Origin: Candidatus Adlerbacteria bacterium
Lineage (GTDB): Bacteria; Patescibacteriota; Minisyncoccia; Phycocordibacterales; SBAW01
NCBI GenBank assembly: GCA_903819895.1
Contig: CAIJFH010000027.1
Coordinates: 1,675-65,674, forward strand
DNA length: 64,000 nucleotides
Direction of reading: 5' to 3'
Shown here: positions 58,621-64,000 of the stretch, piece by piece
Position numbering within the stretch: position 1 is the first letter of the stretch
How the letters are laid out: every line of letters starts with the position of its first letter
The notes under the pieces: model-generated
Seen by the model: only the letters and a program-made list of their open reading frames with translations
The model's database searches: none
Told to the model about the DNA's origin: nothing
Program-made: the position numbers and the translations under genes

Positions 58621-59349
58621 ATGCAAACGAACAGCAATCAGGGACAGGGGAGCAATCAGAATAATCAGCAAGGCGGACAGCAGAAGTCGACGCTTTCGTG
58701 GTCACAGCCAACCAATACACAAGGCAACAAGCCACAGCAGCAAAGCCAGCCAAGCCGCCCGCTGCCACCAACCGTGCCTGCCTCATCGGGCAGCAACACG
58801 CCGTGGGTTATCGCGGGTGTTATCATTGTTATCGCGCTCATCGTCTGGGGCTTTAACTCGGGACGCAACACAGGCGACCAGCAAGGTGCCGAGAACGCAA
58901 CCAGCACCAACTCGGTAGCAACCGAGACAACCTCCAGCACCACGCCGAGCACATCGGACACTACTGCGACAACCGACAATACCTCTGGTGCTGCAGCCAC
59001 TACGGCAACTACACCAACTACTGCGGGCACGATTGCTGGGCTCACTATTCCATCACCACAAACAGCTGGCATGCAAGTTGCAGTTGCTGCGGTTGATGTC
59101 AGCACCCCAACATGGGTGGTTGTCTACGAGGACAACAACGGCGTCCCGGGCAACGTGCTTGGCGCTGGTCTCTTTACCTCCAGCAACAAAAGCGGTGTTG
59201 TCGAGTTGCTCCGCGGCACGCTCCCGGGCCAGACCTACTTTGTCGGCGAGTCACGCGACGATGGCGACCGTATGTACTCGATGACCAACGACCCGGCAAC
59301 GCGCGACCAGAGCGGCAACCCCGTGTTGACCACCTTCCAAACCAAATAA
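58621..59349 (+). CDS. Hypothetical single-TM protein with Thr-rich stalk and C-terminal beta domain
   Basis: Gln-rich N-terminus, TM, Thr-rich linker and WVVVYE...PGNVLGA domain. Confidence 0.65.
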   Translation: MQTNSNQGQGSNQNNQQGGQQKSTLSWSQPTNTQGNKPQQQSQPSRPLPPTVPASSGSNTPWVIAGVIIVIALIVWGFNSGRNTGDQQGAENATSTNSVATETTSSTTPSTSDTTATTDNTSGAAATTATTPTTAGTIAGLTIPSPQTAGMQVAVAAVDVSTPTWVVVYEDNNGVPGNVLGAGLFTSSNKSGVVELLRGTLPGQTYFVGESRDDGDRMYSMTNDPATRDQSGNPVLTTFQTK

Positions 59350-59355
59350 GCATCT

Positions 59356-59838
59356 ATGGATACACTGCTGCACACTATATCGCCATTTGGGCTCGCTGAG
59401 TTTGGGTTTATCTGGCGACTCTTGGTGGCAGCGGTGCTGGGCACCCTGATGGGGCTCGAGCGATCCATCGCTGGCAAACATGCAGGCATGCGCACCTACG
59501 CACTCGTGGCGATGGGCTCATGCCTCTTTTGCTTGATCAGTGTCTTGGCGGGGTTTGAGCTCACCAGTTTTGCCGCAACCAACCCGCTTCTTATTGCATC
59601 CTCGGTGGTGGTTGGCATCGGCTTTATCGGCAGCGGGCTGGCGCTCACCCATGGCGAGAAGCTCGGCGAGCTGACCACCGCCTCGGGCGTGTGGGTCGTC
59701 GCTGGTGTTGGCATGGCGTGCGGCTTTGGACTGTTTATCACTGCAGCGGTTGCAACCATTCTCACTATCATCATCTTCTCGTTCTTCTCGCGGGTCGAGC
59801 GCTACCTGCGCATCACTTGGGGAGTTGATGGGCAATAG
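59356..59838 (+). CDS. MgtC/SapB family protein
   Basis: GLER..AG.RT.ALV, GIGFIG.G and LTTA..VW...GM..G motifs. Confidence 0.9.
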   Translation: MDTLLHTISPFGLAEFGFIWRLLVAAVLGTLMGLERSIAGKHAGMRTYALVAMGSCLFCLISVLAGFELTSFAATNPLLIASSVVVGIGFIGSGLALTHGEKLGELTTASGVWVVAGVGMACGFGLFITAAVATILTIIIFSFFSRVERYLRITWGVDGQ

Positions 59839-59873
59839 GGTACAATAGGAGCTCGCCTCGCGAGTACGATACT

Positions 59874-60746
59874 ATGAGCTCCTACTATAAACCACATCGC
59901 AACACGGGCTGGAACTATGGTGGCCGCAATTGGCGCCTCTCGCGCAGCAAAATCGCGCTCTTTGTCGAGTGCGCACGTTGCTTCTATATCGACAACAAGC
60001 TCGGCACGGCGCGGCCACCAGGGTTCCCCTTCAATCTCAACTCGGCGGTCGACGCATTGCTCAAGAAAGAGTTCGATATACACCGCACTGCTGCATCGTC
60101 ACACCCGATTATGCAGCAGTATGGCGTCGACGCGGTGCCGTACCAGCATGCCGAGATGGATATTTGGCGCGAGAACTTTAAAGGCATCGAGTTTCGCCAT
60201 CTGCCAACGGGCTTTACTATCGCGGGCGCGGTCGACGATGTGTGGGTCAACCCCCAAGGCGAGCTGATTGTCGTCGACTACAAATCGACCAGCAAGGATG
60301 AAAAAATCGATGCGCTCGACGCCGACTGGCACGACGGCTACAAGCGGCAGATGGAGACGTACCAATGGTTGCTGCGCCAGCGCGGGTTTAAGGTCTCCAA
60401 CACGGGCTACTTTGTCTATGCCAACGCGAGCAAAGATCGCCCCGCGTTCGACGGCAAGCTGGAGTTTGACCTCACGCTGATCCCGCATGTCGGCAATACC
60501 GACTGGATCGAACCAACCATTGCCAAACTCAAACTCTGCCTCGACAGCAACGCGCTCCCCGCCGCTGCACCCGACTGCGACTACTGCACCTACCGCCAAG
60601 CCGTCGAGGATGATTTGCGCGAACACGAGTCAAAACACGGAGGACGGACCTCCGTATCAAAAGAAGTAGAACCCACGCCAGCACCAGCCACAAAACCAGT
60701 AAGCAAAAAATCCAACAGCAGCGAACCAACGGGGCAGCTATTCTAA
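59874..60746 (+). CDS. PD-(D/E)XK nuclease (AddB/Cas4-like)
   Basis: LSRSK...C.RCFY, GAVDD, VVDYKS, Q..TY and CDYC motifs. Confidence 0.85.
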   Translation: MSSYYKPHRNTGWNYGGRNWRLSRSKIALFVECARCFYIDNKLGTARPPGFPFNLNSAVDALLKKEFDIHRTAASSHPIMQQYGVDAVPYQHAEMDIWRENFKGIEFRHLPTGFTIAGAVDDVWVNPQGELIVVDYKSTSKDEKIDALDADWHDGYKRQMETYQWLLRQRGFKVSNTGYFVYANASKDRPAFDGKLEFDLTLIPHVGNTDWIEPTIAKLKLCLDSNALPAAAPDCDYCTYRQAVEDDLREHESKHGGRTSVSKEVEPTPAPATKPVSKKSNSSEPTGQLF

Positions 60747-60752
60747 CTACCC

Positions 60753-61406
60753 ATGGTTGAAACATCAACAGAAAAAATCATTTACCTTGTCCGACACGGG
60801 CAAACTCATGGGAACGTCGACCCAGTGTTTCAAGGTGTCGACTCAACGCTCAATACGACAGGACGCGAGCAAGCGGAACAAGTAGCGCAACGTGTTGCAA
60901 GATTATCTTTCGATACATTGGTTGCAAGCCCGCGCATGCGCACAAGGGAGACAGCTGAGATTATCGCCCGAGCAACTGGCAAAACTCCGGAATATGCGGA
61001 CGTGTTTGTCGAACGCACCAAACCAACACGCGTCGATGGCAGACCATACACAGACACCGAAGCAAATGCACTCTGGCAGTTATGGGAACAGAGCATCTAT
61101 ACACCGGGCATGCGCGCAGAGGATGGCGAAAATTTTGATGACATTATTGCACGTGCGGACAAGGCGCTCGATTTTCTCCAAAACCGATTCGAACAAGCGC
61201 TCGTGGTCGTAACACATGGACACTTTTTGCGCACACTTGTTGCCCGCATTTTGCTCGGCAGTTCTCTTACTGGCGATAATTTTAGACACTTCCAAGCGAG
61301 CATCAAAACAGAAAATACGGGTATCACTGTATTGAAGTATGACGCAGCACGAACAGAAGCGCCTTGGCGTTTGTGGATCTATAACGACCATGCACATCTT
61401 GGATAA
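60753..61406 (+). CDS. Histidine phosphatase family protein
   Basis: RHGQT, SP..R..ETA, VTHG and ND.AHL motifs. Confidence 0.9.
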   Translation: MVETSTEKIIYLVRHGQTHGNVDPVFQGVDSTLNTTGREQAEQVAQRVARLSFDTLVASPRMRTRETAEIIARATGKTPEYADVFVERTKPTRVDGRPYTDTEANALWQLWEQSIYTPGMRAEDGENFDDIIARADKALDFLQNRFEQALVVVTHGHFLRTLVARILLGSSLTGDNFRHFQASIKTENTGITVLKYDAARTEAPWRLWIYNDHAHLG

Positions 61407-61665
61407 ATCAACATCTTTCGCCGAGCGCGTCCGCGCGGTTGTGGCGCAAATTCCGAAAGGCGAGACAATGACATACCAGCAAGTGGCAACGAAGGCGGGG
61501 AACGCAAACGCTGCGCGAGCGGTTGGCACAGTGATGTCAAAGAACTTTGACCCGAACATCCCGTGCCACCGGGTCGTCCGCTCCGACGGCACACCTGGTG
61601 GGTACAACCGCGGCGGGAGTACTCGCAAAGCAGCACTCCTCCAAGCCGAACACTCGCACACATAG
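61390..61665 (+). CDS. MGMT/Ogt family alkyltransferase (C-terminal domain only)
   Basis: IPKGETMTY, ARAVG and PCHRV motifs; start uncertain. Confidence 0.85.
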   Translation: MHILDKSTSFAERVRAVVAQIPKGETMTYQQVATKAGNANAARAVGTVMSKNFDPNIPCHRVVRSDGTPGGYNRGGSTRKAALLQAEHSHT

Positions 61666-61691
61666 GTCCGTCCTTTGTGCTGCGAAACAAC

Positions 61692-62126
61692 TTACTCGCC
61701 TGACATCTCTGAAAACGCGACACCTTGTTTGATGAGGGGGAGTGCAGCGGCGACTTCTTCAACAACGTTTGTACCAAGCTCGGCGAGCGTCGCCCAGCGC
61801 AAGTCGCCGATTTTCTCTGGCTCGTTGTTGACGGGCTCGCCCTGCCACTTGGTGGTGGTGAAAAAATACTCAACAAGAATGTCCTCGCGATACAGCACAT
61901 GCACAAAACGTAGGTCGTCCGGAGCAATATCGATACCAACCTCCTCTTTTGCCTCGCGAATCATCGCCTCGGTTGGGAGCTCGCCCAGGTCGACATGTCC
62001 TGCGGGCAAGCTATAAAAACCCTCGTGGTAGTCGGTATTTTTCCGCTGTGCAAAAAGATATGTACCATCTTTCTCCAGCACCAAATACACCGCCACCCGC
62101 ACCCGGAGTCGCTCGGTTGTTGTCAT
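61692..62126 (-). CDS. NUDIX hydrolase
   Basis: Nudix box LPAGHVDLGE...AMIREAKEEVG; W.GEP.N.EPEK. Confidence 0.9.
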   Translation of the reverse strand: MTTTERLRVRVAVYLVLEKDGTYLFAQRKNTDYHEGFYSLPAGHVDLGELPTEAMIREAKEEVGIDIAPDDLRFVHVLYREDILVEYFFTTTKWQGEPVNNEPEKIGDLRWATLAELGTNVVEEVAAALPLIKQGVAFSEMSGE

Positions 62127-62209
62127 ACTTCAAAGATACCACATATCCATATTGCGACTATATGTCCGTCCTCTGTGCCCCTCTATACCAACTCTTGTAT
62201 ACTAACTGC

Positions 62210-62929
62210 ATGGATGCCAAGGATGTGAAGATGGAGGAGTCATGGAAACGGCGGCTGGCGGGGGAGTTTGAGAAGCCGTACTTTGCCGAGCTGTCGGCGT
62301 TTGTGCGGCAGGAGTACAAAAACGAGGTGGTGTATCCGCCGCCGAAATATATCTTCCGCGCGTTTGACTTGTGCCCGTTCGAGCAGGTGCAGGTCGTGAT
62401 ACTCGGGCAGGATCCGTACCACGGGCCAAAGCAGGCAAACGGCTTGTGCTTCGCGGTCGACGAGGGGACGAAACTCCCGCCCTCGCTGCAAAATATTTTT
62501 AAAGAGATTGCGAGCGAGTATTCAGCAACAGCGTCGGGAGGTGAAACCTCCCAACAAACGAAAGAAGAGCGCGAGGCGCGTGCCCTGCGTAGCTTTAGCG
62601 AAGTAGGGGTGCAGGGCGTATTACTTTTAAATGCGACGCTCACGGTGCGTGCGCATATGGCGGGCTCGCATCAGGGCAAGGGCTGGGAGGAGTTTACCGA
62701 CGCGGCGGTTGCGGCGCTCTCGCAGGAGCGCGAGCATCTCGTCTTTATGCTGTGGGGCAACTACGCAAAAGCAAAAGGCGCACACATCGACCGCACGAAA
62801 CACCTCGTACTCGAAGCGGCGCACCCATCGCCATTCTCTGCCTACAACGGATTCTTCGGCTGCGGACATTTCAAAAAAGCCAACGACTATTTGGTCGCGC
62901 ATGGCAAAAAGCCGATTGATTGGCTGTAA
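62210..62929 (+). CDS. ung: Uracil-DNA glycosylase family 1
   Basis: GQDPYH, PPSL.NI.KE, QGVLLLN and HPSP motifs. Confidence 0.95.
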   Translation: MDAKDVKMEESWKRRLAGEFEKPYFAELSAFVRQEYKNEVVYPPPKYIFRAFDLCPFEQVQVVILGQDPYHGPKQANGLCFAVDEGTKLPPSLQNIFKEIASEYSATASGGETSQQTKEEREARALRSFSEVGVQGVLLLNATLTVRAHMAGSHQGKGWEEFTDAAVAALSQEREHLVFMLWGNYAKAKGAHIDRTKHLVLEAAHPSPFSAYNGFFGCGHFKKANDYLVAHGKKPIDWL

Positions 62930-62994
62930 CTCATCCAAGGGTAACCCTTGGACAGCCGCTTTTTATATAGAGAGTTCTTCGGTATACTGCCCAC

Positions 62995-64000
62995 ATGAAA
63001 CTCAAGACCACGTGGGATTTGTCGAGGTTGTATTATCCGTCGCTCGGGGACAAAAAACTGATGCAAGATGTCGACACAGGGGACAAGGCGGTTGACGCGT
63101 TTGTCGAGACGTATAGCAAAAACAAAAAGTGGTTGAGCGATCCGAAGGAGCTCAAGAAGGCGCTTGCCGAATACGAAGGGTTGATAAAAAAAGTGTCGCC
63201 ATCGCCGCTGTACTACACAATGTACCGCAAGGAGCTCGACGCGACCGACAAAAAAGCCGAGGCGCTGCAGAACCTGCTCGACGAGCGCTACACCAAGCGC
63301 GGCAACAAGCTGCTCTTTTTTGATTTGGAATTAGCAAAAGTAAGCGCCGCGACGCAAAAGAAGTTTCTCGCTGCGAAAGAGTTGGAGGATTTGCACTACT
63401 GGCTCGAGAAGTTGTTTGAACACGCGCGACACAACCTTTCGGAGAGCGAGGAGCGGCTGCTCTCACTACTCGGCGATGTGTCGTTTGGCCGCTGGGTGCA
63501 GGCAGTTGATAACATTCTCAACACACGCACAGTCACTTGGGGCGGTAAGCAGATCCCGCTCAACGAGGCGCAAGAGACATTAAAGACCTTGCCGATGAAG
63601 CAGCGCCGCGCGCTACACCTTGTTGTTATCGCCGCATACAAGTCGGTCGCCGACATGGCAGAGAGCGAGCTCAACGCGATTGTCACAAAGAAGAAGATTA
63701 CCGACGAGCTGCGCGGCTACGCGGAGCCCTACGACGCGACGATTATGGGCTACGAGAACAATCGCGAAAGTGTCTTGGCACTCGTCGAGGCAGTGACCAA
63801 GCGGTTTGATATCTCCAAGAAGTTTTATCGTGTCAAAGCAAAGATGCTCAAGGAAAAAAAGTTGACCTACGCCGACCGCTCGGCACCGGTGGGCAAGATC
63901 GCCAAGAAAATCCCCTTTGACGAAGCAGCAAAAATCGTCGGCGAAACATTTGGCAAGCTGCATCCGCGCTACAAAGAGATTTTTGAACGACTGCTCCAAA
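62995..64000 (+). CDS. pepF: M3B oligoendopeptidase F (runs off window)
   Basis: Manually read ORF MKLKTTWDLSRLYY...HNLSESEERLL...YADRSAP; TATACT-N6-ATG; HExxH not reached within the window. Confidence 0.8.
   Translation, partial: MKLKTTWDLSRLYYPSLGDKKLMQDVDTGDKAVDAFVETYSKNKKWLSDPKELKKALAEYEGLIKKVSPSPLYYTMYRKELDATDKKAEALQNLLDERYTKRGNKLLFFDLELAKVSAATQKKFLAAKELEDLHYWLEKLFEHARHNLSESEERLLSLLGDVSFGRWVQAVDNILNTRTVTWGGKQIPLNEAQETLKTLPMKQRRALHLVVIAAYKSVADMAESELNAIVTKKKITDELRGYAEPYDATIMGYENNRESVLALVEAVTKRFDISKKFYRVKAKMLKEKKLTYADRSAPVGKIAKKIPFDEAAKIVGETFGKLHPRYKEIFERLLQ

Noticed and set aside
59874-60746. Cas4 call for the PD-(D/E)XK nuclease
   Set aside because: No cas1/cas2 or array nearby; treated as a standalone nuclease.

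Overview
A 64 kb chromosomal segment of a Patescibacteria/CPR (Parcubacteria-like) bacterium using genetic code 11. The taxonomic call is inferred from gene content: reduced F1Fo delta and epsilon subunits, a short S1, a degenerate HisRS paralog and many CPR-type membrane proteins. Housekeeping genes include tgt, ftsA, ybeY, rpsU, lepB, pth, rpsA, gyrA, atpBEFHAGDC, ychF, leuS, mltG, mnmA, ung and pepF. There are three tRNAs (Val-CAC, Pro-CGG, Ala-CGC) and a ~14 kb surface-glycan locus. The top candidate for a new system lies directly after tRNA-Ala: a compact putative RiPP cluster. It comprises a radical SAM/SPASM enzyme with a C-terminal PqqD/RRE-like domain, an unannotated 38-aa precursor ending in DSCDCWCDYDKGN, and an HExxH protein. 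Other signals: a TAnnnT-N6-ATG leaderless signature on more than 20 genes; a leader-peptide attenuator in front of a GNAT gene; two tandem mini transcription units encoding orphan peptides; a promoter-driven hairpin RNA before a NYN nuclease; and a family of AGG-N5-CCT palindromic repeats, some of which sit in-frame inside genes. Family names come from motif recognition by eye, not from database searches.
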